Source: Mobula hypostoma (Eukaryota). Taken from it: a DNA stretch of 64,000 bases. A model generated the notes under the pieces. That model ran no database searches. It saw only the letters and a list, made by a program, of their open reading frames with translations, and had not been told where the DNA came from. Both the position numbers and the translations under genes were made by a program. Positions 36,530-49,289 of this stretch are shown here, one piece after another (the stretch's first letter is position 1; the number at the start of each line of letters is the position of its first letter). Location: the NCBI RefSeq assembly GCF_963921235.1, contig NC_086101.1, forward strand, positions 163,928,001 to 163,992,000, read 5' to 3'.

Positions 36530-37990
36530 AATTGTTTATTGATAAAATGCAGGTTAGGCCACATTTGGAGTAGTTATTATGTGCTCTTGCGGCCACCGCT
36601 CTATAGGAAGAATAAGGAAGTTTTGGAGAGGGTGCAGAAGAGGTTTGCTGGGACTTTGCCTAGATGAGAAAAACTGGACAAACTTGAGTTCTCTTCTGTG
36701 CAATATCATGTGCTGGGGGGAGGGGAAATGTATGAAATTTTAAGAGGCATTGTTCGGGTAAATAGGCACTACTTTTATTTTAGGGTAGAAATGTCAAATA
36801 GTAGAGACCTCAGATTTAAGGTGGGGAAGGAGTTCTCAGCAAACTTGAACTTGAATCAAAGGTGGTGATGAATCAACGTACAGGAGGGAGATTGGAAACC
36901 TGGCTGAGTGGTGTTATAACAACAACATCTCACTCAATGTCAGCAAGACTTCAGGAGAAGGAAGCCAGAGGTCTATGAGTCAGTCCTCAATGGAGGATCA
37001 GAGATGGAGAGGGTTAACTTTAAATTCTTAGGTGTTACTGTTTAAGAGGACCTGTTCTGGGCCCAGTACCTAAGTGCAATTATGAAGAAAGCACAGCAGT
37101 GCCTTTACTTCCTCAGGAGTCTGCGGAGATTTGGCATGACATCTAAATCTTTGACAAACTTCTATAGATGTGTAGTGGAGAGTATATTGGTAGGCTGCAT
37201 CACAGCCTGGTATAGAAACACCAATGCCTTGCACAGAAGATCCCAGGAAAGGGAATGGATGCCCAGTCCATCATGGGTAAAGCCCTCCCAACCATTGAGC
37301 ACGTCTGCATGAAACGCTGTTACAGGAAAGCAGCATTCATCATTAGGGATCCCCACCACCCAGGACAGGCTCTTTTCTCGCTGTTGCCATCAGAAACAAG
37401 GTACAGGAGCCTCAGGACTCACACCACCAGGTTCAGGAACAGTTACTACCCCTCAACCATCGGGCTCTTGAACTAAAGTGGATAACTTCACTCAACTTCA
37501 ATTGTCCTATCATTGAAATGTTCCCACATTAGTAAGTCCAACTAATAGGCTTACTTTCAAGGACTTTTCATCTCACGTTCTCAATATTTATTCCTTATTT
37601 ATTTATATTTTTGTTTCTTTTTACATTTGCAGTTTTTTGACTTCTGCTCTGAATGCCCTAGTTGGGTGGTCTTTCATTGGTTCTGTTATAGTTAATATTC
37701 TATAGATTTGTTGGGTTGTATATTGTGAGATACATGTACTATGATAATGAAATTTACTTTGAACTTTGAGTTTTTCACAGAGAGTGAGTGGTGGGTATCT
37801 GGAGAGCACTGCAAGAATTAGATATGGTCGCCATGTATAAAAGACATTTGAACAGATCCACAAACGGGCAGAAAATGGAGGGTTAAGGGCGTTGTGCAGG
37901 TTGATGCAATGAGTTTAGATTGGCATCTTGGTCAGCACGGGCATGGCGCATTGAACGGCCTCCTCCTGTGCTGGATTGTCCTATGTTTAA
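36530..37990 (+). mobile_element. CR1 3' fragment hosting a nested LINE
   Basis: VRPHLE, LERVQKRF; resumes TTTTTCACAGAGAGTG at ~37770. Confidence 0.7.
36860..37770 (+). mobile_element. Rex1/Babar-type LINE 3' part (DUF1891-like region and 3' UTR)
   Basis: KKAQQCLYFLRSLRRFGM...NFYRCVVESIL.GCITAWY; RDPHHPG.ALFSLLPS..RYRSLRTHTTRFRNSYYP; TTTGAACTTTGA tail. Confidence 0.88.
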
Positions 37991-39646
37991 AGCGCATGCT
38001 CTCGTAATTTTGGAAATTTGACTTTTCTGTTGAGAGATTAAATAAAGAAATGTGTACCCAACCAAGAAAATAATTGCAAGTTACTTATTAACTACACTAT
38101 ATTTTATGACTGGCAATGATAATTCAGCAAAACTCTATTGAGTCATTCACCTACAGATTCAGGAATTTCTTGCTGATTGTAGCATTAGAACAGAAACAGT
38201 AATAAGCCATTCAACCCCTTGGCCTCTTGCAGCATTCAGTTCAATCACTGCAGAATAATGCTATCAGTCCTGAAAATTCCATTGATATAGCAACTAAAAT
38301 GTTTTGTTAGAGTTGCAGATTTCCACTAATCTTTGTGTGGAAATAATGTATCCTGATACAACTCCTAAAGGATTTTGCTCTGAAGTCTCTGCCCCTTCTT
38401 GGATCCACTCATCCCAGAAAAAAGTTTTATTGCCACGTAGTCTATTGAATCTGTTTATCATTATTAACAACTCAATTAGATCACCCTCAATTAATAAATT
38501 GATACTGCTATGAATTCAAAGTTGTGAAACCTGTAACAATGTAAGGCTGATACCTTTCTAATGAGCCTTTACAATATCCTTGCTGAGCCTGAGATGGTCT
38601 CCCTGCGAATCAACAAGCAACAACCTATATGTATATAGTAGCTTTGCAAGAGCATTATCAAATTTGTTACAAATAGGGCTAATAAGTGAATAACTTTTTT
38701 TTTAAAAATGGTCATAAAAGTAGAGCTTGCATTGGGGATTAGGAAGGAAATGTAAGAGGCTGAGGACTTAGTGCCTGTAAAATGGCATCCAAGGCAGAGG
38801 TTCGAGAGGCCAGAATGAGAGGTGGCGTAGATGGTGGAGTTGGGAGGTTGCAGGAGATTGGAAGTATGGAGGGCCAAGATCATAAAAGGATTTGAAAATG
38901 AGGATAAGAACTTTAAAACAGATAGATTTAATGGGAGCTAATAAATGCCAAAGTAGGATGGGGGGGTGTAATTGGAGAATAGAAATAGCTCCAGATTATC
39001 TAACAGAGTTCTGGATCAGTTAAGTTTGCAGAGTGCACATTGGAATAGTCAAGTTTAGAAGTGGATGATGTCAATCAGGGTTTCAGCCGCAGATGAACTG
39101 AAGTAGAAACAGTGCATGTCAAAGTTGATCATAAGATTTGTGCTGATCTCAGCTTCTGATGGTTTGTCATTGTTGCAAGTCTAGTTTCAAACACAGGATT
39201 AACAGGTGGAAAAGGAGTCTGTGGTGGAGACTGACTGAGTCTCTAGGTGAGTTCCTCTAGTATTTTGTGTGTGTTGACTGAGGCTCAGGGTGACTTTTTT
39301 TCATTTTTCTGTTGCTTCTCTGAGACCAGTGGTACATTTCCACCTTACGTTGGTCATTAGTAATTTGTATATGCGGACACTTGAAATCTTTACTCAGTTT
39401 TGTGATGTGACAAATTATTATTTTTCTATCTGGAGGCATTCCCCATGGAATGGAGTTAGAGCAACATTTTTTTGCTATATATCAATAACCTAGACTTCAG
39501 GGTGCAAGCCACAATTGCTAACTTTTGGGAAATGACAGACAACGTTATTTGTAGCATTTGCGAACAAAGGAGAGAACAGTTCCCCTTCACCGTTAGATTT
39601 CTGAGTAGTCCATCAAACCTGTGAACACTAGCACTTTCTTTTTTTG

Positions 39647-40187
39647 CACCATCCACTTTATTGGGTACAGGAGTGGAACCTGCTGTAATCCGCTGCAGGA
39701 GCCCATCCACTTCGAAGTTCAACGTGTTGTGCATTCAGAGATGCTCTTCTGTACCCCACTGTTGTAGTGCATGGTTATTTGAGTTATTGTTTTCTTCCTG
39801 ACTGCTTGAACCAATCTGGCCATTCTCCTCTGACCTGTCTCATCAACAAGGCATTTTCACCCACAGAACTGCCACTTACAGGATGTTTTTGGGTTTTCCC
39901 CCCACCATTCTTTATAACCCCTAGAGACTGGTGTGTGTGAAAATCCCAGAAGGTCAGCAGTTTCTGAGATACTCAAACCACCCCATCTGGCACCAACAAT
40001 CGTTCTATAGTCATAGTCACTTAGATCACATTTCTTTTCCAATTTGATGTTTGGTCTGAACAACAACTGAACCTGTTGACCATGTCAGCGTGCTTTTATT
40101 GTTGAATTGCTGCCACATGATTGGCTGATAGATATTTCCATTATTGAGCAGCTGCATAGATGTACCTAATCAAGTGGCCTCAGAGTG
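39647..40187 (-). mobile_element. Tc1-type non-autonomous DNA transposon
   Basis: TIRs CCACTTTATTGGGTACA / TGTACCTAATCAAGTGG; TA at 40188-89; HTH KKCDLSDYD...IVGAR.GGLSISETADLLGFS. Confidence 0.85.
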
Positions 40188-40329
40188 TATGTTTTTTAAT
40201 GTATAGTAAATTTATATCTTTGCACTGCCCTGCTGCTACAGAACAATGAATTTCACAACATAGAAGTCAGTGATAGTAAATCTAATTCTGAGAGAGCTAA
40301 AAATTCAGCAGGAGATAAACAAGCTACTG

Positions 40330-40710
40330 AGGTTGTATGAGACAAGAACTTTCCACTGAGGTTGTCTGAGTGTAGAACTTTCCACTGAGGTTGAGTGAGA
40401 CTAGAACTAGAAGTCATGGGCTAAGAGTAAAAAGTGAAATGTTTAAGGGGAGCATGAGAGGGAACCTCACTCAAAGGAGGGTGAGGGTGTGAAATGAGCT
40501 GCTACTGGAAGTGGTGGATGTAGGTTCGATTTTGACATTTAAGTGAAGTTTGGATAAGAACATGGATGGGAGGGGCATGGAGTGCTACGGTCTCATATAG
40601 GTCAATGGTCCTATGCACGTTGATGGGACTAGGTAGATCAATAGTTTATCACAGACTAGATGGGCCAAAGGGCTCATTTCTATGCTGTTGTGCTCTCTGG
40701 CTCTGTGACT
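40330..40710 (+). mobile_element. CR1 3' fragment with internal ~30-bp tandem duplication
   Basis: AACTTTCCACTGAGGTTG twice; same family as 47600-48730. Confidence 0.75.
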
Positions 40711-43700
40711 CTAAGTTAGTAAAATTGGCAGACAGCAGATGAATTTGTTGGGGGGGGAAGGGAATGTATCTTGATAAGCTGAGAGACACAATTTAGAATA
40801 AAGATGTAGAAGGATGGGAGCTTCGACATTTAATCAGACTTTTCTCTTGAACAGTAGGTGTAGGAATTTCTATTTCTGTGTACATGATCAGCTTGGTTCC
40901 CCATTATGAAGCCTCAATACAAACTAGTTTGTTCAGCTCGGTTTCTGTTTCATCAATCTCTCCGGCAACTTTGGGCTAATTTATTTCTCTATTTTTATAC
41001 TCTTTTTAAAAAAATTCTGATTTTAGTTGATATGTATAACCTTACAACTCATTTTATGGTTCCAGCAATAACAGAGACAGACACTGATTTCCTCCCTCGT
41101 GCCATGGTGGCTGAGCCAACCAAATAGCAATTGACTAAAACTTACCTGCTGCTGAGTTTGCCTGTTCAAACCTGCACTGTTCTTGGAGCTCAGAATGAGT
41201 GGGCCCAGTATTCAAAAGCTACCATTAAACAATCCACTTTAATTAACATTAACAAGGCCTGATATAACCAGAAAAAAATGAATTACTTCCCATAACTGTC
41301 TGAGAAGAAACCAGCTTGTTTAAAGCCAGTGTTAGGGAGCAACCAAGCCTTAAATTATGAGTATCCAAAACTGTGCATCTGTGATTCTAACATAGGTTGG
41401 GTAGAGCCTGCTGCCACAACTATTCAGCACCTACATTGAATCCTCATAAGAGCTATTAACTTCCTAGTCTTTACTTCTACTACCTTGTGATCTACTGATT
41501 AGAGTTTGCTTTTCTCACAGCTCCAGTCTGAGCTAGATACCTGGTTAAGGTACATGATTTCCAAGAACTGGTTCAGATTTGGTAGACTAGAGGTTGTATT
41601 TTCTAAGCATTGTTAGTTATTCAAGGATATCGTTTCTGGTTGGTTGCTGCGAAGTTTTAGCAGAATTGACCAAAATTAGCATAACCTTCAAAATAATATT
41701 TAGTGATGCTTTTTGGCCATTTAAATGAGGTAAAAAGGTATGGAGATCTGGTCCAGATCTCAAAATAGCTCAAATCCTCCAGCCTAAAATAGACATCTGT
41801 AAAAATGATCACCAATTGTGCCCACATAAAAGCCCTTCCGTAAGTAATGGTTGAATGTGTTAGTGCAAGGATAAACATGATTTCAACTGTGCTAAATGCA
41901 GTGCAGCAACGTTTCTTACTTATTACAGCACATCTTATGTGTTGTACTGAACCATTTGTCCAATCAAATCCATGCCCACCTCCAAAAGCAGCAGTCAAAT
42001 GAGTTTGACTAAGGAGGAGAGAAAGCAAAAACATTTCTCGGAACAATTCCTCCCGGTACGGCCAATGCCATTCAATGCAGAAACTCTGACCCAATTTTTT
42101 TTTCTAAAAGTTCTCAGGAATATTTGTGAATTGATTCCATGTGTGGGAGGGAAATAACTTTGTCAATTTTACCACAGGCTGAATAACATTGCTAGTCTTT
42201 ACTTCTACTGCATGGAAACAAAATCGAGAGGATGAGTAACAAGCAACTGTATCAGTGTTACTCCTTTTGCACAAATGGCCAAAGCTTAACTGACTGGAAC
42301 TGCTAAACTTAGTAAAATCTTCTGTTCTCAGTATTTAAATGTACAGACTTCAATTTTGGGAAGAATCAAGACTAACTCCCCATTGAAAGTCACTCGGTAG
42401 GGCATCATTCATGTGTCAGGCTTACACTCATAGAAATGCTTTGTGGCTGCACTCCATGCAGTATGCAGTTGACAGTTGCCCGGGGGTATGTAGCTTTATG
42501 CTGTTTGGTCTGAAACCTGTAACTAAATCCTTGCACTGTGTTTCAAGTGTTTCATATTGCATTGGTTGTACATGATATGAGAATACTGAACCCTTTGGTG
42601 AAGCTATATTGCAGTATACAATTGAAGTAATAATATGCAAATATTGTCCGATGAATTCTGAAGTAAATCAAGTTTGTAACTTAGTTTGGGTTGATGAATG
42701 CATCAATCCAAATTAAGAATTACTCTGGCTCAACTTTTTAAAAAAATCATTTGTAAGCCTTTTTCTTCTGAGGAATCTGTAAAACTATGAAAAGTCATTT
42801 ACATAACTGGTTGCTAGGAAGCAGACTATGATACTTCAATCAATTTTGGCGCACTAATGTTTTGCTGTTGCCATGGATCTTGAGCTATGCAAGGTCAATT
42901 CCTGTTGGAGGATCTTTAATTTTAAAACAACAGTCAATCAATTATGGCTTTGCACACAGACAATGAAGATGAAGTATTGTCTTCAGGTCAAGCAATCAAA
43001 TAGGATGAGGAACTAAATGGTATAAAATTAGAAGATGAAAGAGATGAAAATAGACCATCAGTGGGAAAACTGAAAAGGGAACATCGAAAAGAAAATTGTA
43101 AGGGGCTGAGGAAAGGGTATAGCTGGAAGGAGGAGAGCGGGAATACTAAGTGACATAGGGTTCAGAATAGGAGATAGTACATCGTTTGATGTAGAGGAAG
43201 GAAGTTAAAAGCTGCACTTGAGAATTGTAGGAGGTTGATGTTACTCAGCAAGTGGGCGTTAACAAAACTGTTCAGCCGGGAATGGTAGGCAGAAGGCAAG
43301 ATGGAAAATACTTCAGCTGGATGAACGGGAAAAATGTCCCTGCTGGGGTAGGAATGAGCTGTCCACAAAATAAAGGCTTGGACTTAATAAATAATAAACA
43401 ACAGCTACAGTGCCTCTACGATATAACACCCCATAATCCATAAGTGCATCCTTAATAGCCGGAGTAAGCTCTGTATTTTAGAAAATAAATGGGCCTTAAT
43501 TTCAGGAATCAGCACATCTTGATGTCATTTTAAGAAATGTTAATACACTCACTTTTCACAAAAATGTAGTTATTATCTCAGTCAACTTCAACAGCTTGCA
43601 TTTATATAGTGCCACTTCCATAAGGAGGTTTTCGAATGTAACAGGAGTATTGTTATGAAAAAGAGTTGACACGGAGCCTCAGAGTTCCAGGCAAATGATT

Positions 43701-44229
43701 ATGATTTATATTCTGTTCAGTTTTTTAAAAAATCAATAAGCACTTCTTTTTTTAATATAAAATTGAGATTATTTGGGCATCTTTTGTTTAAAGTAACCTT
43801 TGATGTTTTATTTATTTGTGAATACCAGAGACAAGGGGTATTAACTTGCTCCAAGGAAGGTCAGATCTAACAAGGGCTGGCAAAGGTGTGCCCCTATAAA
43901 CAGTGGCATTTCATGTGTAAAGTGGGTCTTGGATGCTTTGACCCGTGAAGGATTTTTAGTGTAATTTAGATAGTGAAATTAAGGGAAAAGGGTTAAAAAT
44001 AAGTTTGAAGCCATAGAATTATGTCATTATTCCATATTTGAACAAGGCAGTTTGAGGATTGAAATTAAAGTCAAGTGTCACAAGTGGGTTGTTAACAACT
44101 GTACCCATAATTTTTTTAAAATGATGTTGCATGGTTTCAGTACCACACATTTTATATCCTGTTGCTTGTCGGACTGGCAGAAAGCCTGAGGTGCTAAGAA
44201 GGGCACCTTATGAGTAAACATTTATGGCA

Positions 44230-44650
44230 AATTATTATAGGATAGGTTGATCGAGCTAGGGCTTTTCTCTCTGGCGCGAAGGAGGTTGAGAGTTGACTTG
44301 ATAGAGATGCACAAGGTGATAAGAAGCATAGATAGATTGGGTAGCCAGAGACTTTTCCCCCAGTACAGAGGTGGCTGATTCAAGAAGGCATAATTTTAAG
44401 GTGATGGGAGGAGGGTATAGGTCAGAGGCAAGTTTCTCACACAGAATGAGTGTGTGGAACCCCCTGCCGAGGGTGGTAGTATAGGCAGGCACATTACAGG
44501 CATTTGAGAAACTCTTAGGTAGACACGTGAATGATAGAAAAATGGAGGGCTATGTAGGAGGCAAGGATTAGATTGATCTTAGAGTACGTTAAAAAGTTGG
44601 CAAACATCATGGACCGAAAGGCTGGAACTGTGCGGTTCAATATTCTAAAT
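44230..44650 (+). mobile_element. CR1 3' fragment
   Basis: RRLRVDLIE..K; TQ....WN.LP. Confidence 0.75.
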
Positions 44651-44832
44651 CAAAGTAGCACAGTACACAGTTCTGTACTCATTGATATGGGGACAAATGC
44701 CGTGGGTGACACAGCAAACAGGCATCCAGTTTTCACACAGCCATGTCTCCTCTGGCTCCGGCTCCGGCCCCGACCTCAGCCACTGCCACCTCCAGGCCAA
44801 GAGCTACCTCACTGCCAGTGTTTCCCTGGCCT

Positions 44833-44896
44833 CCCATTCCCCATTCCCCCTTCCCCCTTCCCCCTTCCCCCTTCCCCCTTCCCCCTTCCCCCACCA
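44833..44896 (+). repeat. (CCCCCTT)n polypyrimidine tract
   Basis: Direct reading. Confidence 0.9.
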
Positions 44897-45360
44897 CCAC
44901 TCTCCAATCCTGGGTCTCTCAGGCTGCCCCGTCACCTCTTGGGTCCTCAAAACCTCCAAACTCCTCCTCTCTACCTTCCCTGAACACTACAATCTTCCCT
45001 CCTCCTCAGATGCCACCAAGTCTGCTCTATATTGATATCCCAGCTCTTATCTGTGCTGTGTCTTCATCATTCCCTTCTGACCTTCCCCTCTCTAAGACAG
45101 AACATCCTGTCCTCAGCAAGGCCCTTCCCTTTTTCTCGCTTTGCCCACACCTCAGTGAGTTCCTCACGCACCTCGATGCTGAGCTCTTCTTCCATCACCT
45201 CCATCGCCAAGCCTATTTCTTTGGCAAAAATTCCCCATCCTGTACTGAAGACCCCTTCTTCCATCTCCAATCATCATCCTCTGGGACACTTCACTCTGCT
45301 TCTGTGCCTGCTCGGAATCTTTTCATCTCTATTTGCCAACGAGACATCAACCTGAGATGG

Positions 45361-45658
45361 TCCCCACCCACACCTCGGTGAGCCTCACCCACACCCCCGT
45401 GAGCCTCACCCACACCCCCTGAGCCTCACCTACACCTCCTCACCCACACCCCCGTGAGCCCCACCCACAGCCCCATGAGCCTCACCCACACCCCTGTGAG
45501 CCCCACCTACACCTCCTCACCCACAACCCCGTGAGAATCACCCACATCCCCGTGAGCCTCACCCACAGCCCCCGTGAGCCCCACCTACACCCCCGTGAGC
45601 CTCACCCACACCTCCGTGAGCCTCACCCATACCTCCCCTCCCACACCCCCGTGAGCCT
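45361..45658 (+). repeat. 21-bp minisatellite GTGAGCCTCACCCACACCCCC, about 12 full and 3 short units
   Basis: Direct reading. Confidence 0.92.
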
Positions 45659-45974
45659 CTGAATCGAACATACCATTCTCCACAACTTCCGCCTTCTTCA
45701 ATGGGACCCTAACACAAACATCTTTACCTCTTCTCCCCCCACCACCCCTCTCCACTTTCCGCAGGGATCACTCCTTCCATGATTCCCTGGTCTATTTATC
45801 CATCCCTACTAATCTCCCTCCTGACAATACCCTTGCAAGCGAGAGAAATGCCATTCACCTGCCCATTCACCTCCTCCCTCGTCTCTGTTGAAGACCCCAA
45901 ACAGTCCTTCCAGGTGAGGCAATGCTTCACATGCGAATCTGTTGGGGCGGCCTATTGTATCCGGTGCTCCCAAG

Positions 45975-48730
45975 GCAAGGACAGGTTTAGGGAACCTTGG
46001 TTTTTGAGGGAGATTGAAGGAGATGCTTAACAAGTCTAGACAGGAGGGAACAAATGAAGTACTGGAGTATAAGAAATACAAGGGAACACGTGAGAAGGAA
46101 ATCTGGAGGCCAAAAGATGGCATGAGGTTGCTCTGACAGACAAGTTGAAAGAACATCCCAAGGGCTTCTACAAATATATTAAGAGCAAAAAGATAACAAG
46201 GGAGAAAATTGGTCCTCTTGAAGACCAGCATGGTCATCTGTGCATGGAACTGAAAGAGATGGAGATCTAAAATGTATTTTTTGCATCTGGATTTACTTGG
46301 GAAACAGACACAGTGCCTGTAGAAGTGAGGCAAAACAACAGTGAGGTAGGTTATGGACCGTATACTGATTAGAGAGTTCACTGTCCTCAGGTAAACGAGG
46401 GTGGATAAATCCCCAGGGCCTGATAAAGTGTTCCTTCGGACCTTGTGGAACACTAGTGCAGAAATTGCAGGGGCCCTAGCAGAGATATTTAAAATGGCCT
46501 TAGCAGTGGGTGAAGTGCTGGAGGACTCCAGGATAGCTAATGCTGTTTTGTTGTTTAAGAAAGGCTCAAAAAATAAGCAAGGAAATTATAGGCTGGTGAG
46601 CCTGACTTAAGTAGTGGGAAAGTTATTGGAAGGTATTTTAAAGGACCGGATATATAAGTATTTGGATAGTCATGGACTGATTAGGGATAGTCAAGACCTC
46701 ATATTTGTCTGCATTTTTTCCATCTGCCAATCTTCCTGGTAGCTTCCTCAAAAAAAGAATACAAGATTGGTTAGACACAACTAATCAAGGTAAGTCATGT
46801 CTAATCACTCTTACAGATTTTTTTAAAGGAAGCTACCAGGAAGATTGATGAAGATTGATGCAGTGGATGTTATCTACATGGGCTTTAGTAAGGCCTTTGA
46901 CAATGTCACATACGGGAGGTTGGTCCAGAAGGTTCAGTTGTTTGGCATTTAGGGTGAGGTAATAAATTGGATTTCAGAGAATGGGAGTAGATGGTTGCCA
47001 CTGTAACTGGAGGCCTGTGACTAATGGTGTGTTGCAGGGATGGGTGCTGGGTCCACTGTTGTTTGTCATCTATATCAATGATCTGCATGATAATGTAGTA
47101 AACTGGATCAGCAAATTTGTGGATGACACGACGATTTGGAGCTTAGTAGACAGGGAGGAAGGCAATCAAAACTTGGAGCAGGATCTGGACCAGATGTGAA
47201 AATGTGCTGAGCAATGGCGGATGGAATTTGATGCAGGGATGGAATTTGATGCAGACAAGTATGGGGTGTTACACTTTGGGAGGACAAACCAGGGTAGCAT
47301 TTACACAGTGAGTGGTAGAACAAAGGAATCTGGGAATACAGATTCATAATTCCTTGAAAGTGGCATCACAAGTAGATAGGGTCATAAAAAAGCTGTTAGC
47401 ACATTGGCCTTCATTGAATACAGGAGTTGGGATGTTATGTTGAAGTTGTATAAGATGTTGGTGAGGCCTAATTTGGAGTATAGTGTACAATTATAGTCAC
47501 ATGCCTACAGGAAAGGTGTCAGTAAAATTGAAAGACTGCAGAGAAAGTTTACAAGCATGTTGCCAGGACTCTTGAATCTGAGTTATAGGGAAAGGTTAAA
47601 TAGCTTAGGACTTTGTTCCCCAGAGCACAGGAGAATGAGGGAGACTTGACAGAGGTATACAGAATTATAAGGGGTGTAGATAGGGTCAGTGTAAGCAGGG
47701 TTACAGGAGATTAGGAAAAGGGGAGGTGCAACGAGACCTGGGTGTCATTATACACCAGTCATTGAAAGTGGGCATGCAGGTACAGCAGGCGGTGAAAAAG
47801 GCGAATGGTATGCTGGCATTTATAGCGAGAGGATTCGAGTACAGGAGCAGGGAGGTACTACTGCAGTTGTACAAGGCCTTGGTGAGACCACACCTGGAGT
47901 ATTGTGTGCAGTTTTGGTCCCCTAATCTGAGGAAAGACATCTTTGCCATAGAGGGAGTACAAAGAAGGTTCACCAGATTGATTCCTGGGATGGCAGGACT
48001 TTCATATGAAGAAAGACTGGATGAACTGGGCTTGTACTCGTTGGAATTTAGAAGATTGAGGGGGGGATCTGATTGAAACGTATAAGATCCTAAAGGGATT
48101 GGACAGGCTAGATGCAGGAAGATTGTTCCCGATGTTGGGGAAGTCCAGAACGAGGGGTCACAGTTTGAGGATAGAGGGGAAGCCTTTTAAGACCGAGATT
48201 AGGAAAAACTTCTTCACACAGAGAGTGGTGAATCTGTGGAATTCTCTGCCACAGCAAACTGTTGAGGCCAGTTCATTGGCTATGTTAAAGAGGGAGTTAG
48301 ATATGGCCCTTGTGGCTACAGGGGTCAGGGGGTATGGAGGGAAGGCTGGGGCGGGGTTCTGAGTTGGATGATCAGCCATGATCATAATAAATGGCGGTGC
48401 AGGCTCGAAGGGCCGAATGGCCTACTCCTGCACCTATTTTCTATGTTTCTATGTTTAAGGGGAACATGAGGGTGCAAATTTCATGACATATGCCGGTGAT
48501 ATTAAACCTGATTCTGATTCTGGACTTCTTCGCTCAGAGGATGGTGAGAGTGTGGAACGAGCTCCCAGCAGAAGTGGTGGATGCTGAGAAATTTGGATAG
48601 GTATGTGGATGGGAGGGGTATGGTGGGCCATGGTCCGGGTGCAGGTCGATGGGACGAAGCAGATTAATAGTTCAGCACAATTTCGATGGGCTGAAGGATC
48701 TGTTTCTTGCTGTAGTGTTCTGTGACTTTG
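45975..48730 (+). mobile_element. Older CR1 ORF2 relic with nested insertions
   Basis: DKSPGPD, NYRLVSLT, GVLQG.VLGPLLFVIYINDL, FVDDT. Confidence 0.88.
47701..48456 (+). mobile_element. Young CR1 3' fragment (subfamily B) nested in older CR1
   Basis: ORFs 47726-48076 and 48099-48362; CTATGTTTCTATGTTT tail. Confidence 0.93.
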
Positions 48731-49289
48731 ACATATCAACTTCAATAACCTGTATTTGTTGATACTTCCCTATTGCATCTGACTGGATAATAAGCTTCGG
48801 ATAGTCAAAGCAAAAGTTATTTTTTCCCTTGTAAATTCCGTCATTCTACAATGAGTGGCTAAAATGCAATAGTAATGAAGACGGTCTGCAACTCAGTGCG
48901 GTCTCTTAAATTAGAAATAGAAAAAAAGTAGCCTTTAGTCTCCAAGGTAATTGGTTAACTAGTCAGAATTGATTACTTGGAACCAGGTACACATAATACA
49001 GACCGTCGGATAACTAGGAGACTCCCCCTGTGTACCTGCAGTGTTTTGTGTCATGTTCTTAAAGTGTGGACTTTGAGGTAAGTTGATGCTGGCAGAACCA
49101 TGAACATACCTCATTATTTTTCTCTTTTTGCACCATTTATTTTTTATATATTTTACTTTGTGTATTACAGTAATTTTTTATCTATTGCACTGTACTGCTG
49201 CCACAAAATAAAAAAAATCATGACATACATCAGTGATAATGATCATACATCAGTGATGCTGGTACTGAAATGAATTGGATCAAATATTT

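Larger units (their letters stand above)
44740..45973 (+). mobile_element. Penelope-like element relic: N-terminal region and GIY-YIG start, RT deleted
   Basis: DLPLSKTE..VLSKAL.F..L.PHL.EF....DAELFF..L...AYFFGK; TCPFTSS......PKQSFQVRQ.FTCES....YCIRCS. Confidence 0.85.

Noticed and set aside
37082-37476. ORFs resembling the DUF1891 region sometimes labelled ALKBH8 (also 53023-53361)
   Set aside because: Multi-copy, frameshifted and attached to LINE RT and tails; these are retrotransposon C-termini
44573-45381. Proline-rich ORFs up to 212 aa
   Set aside because: Produced by the C-rich simple repeat fused to Penelope sequence
45361-45658. CRISPR-like periodic array
   Set aside because: Head-to-tail units without unique spacers, no cas genes, vertebrate context; it is a minisatellite
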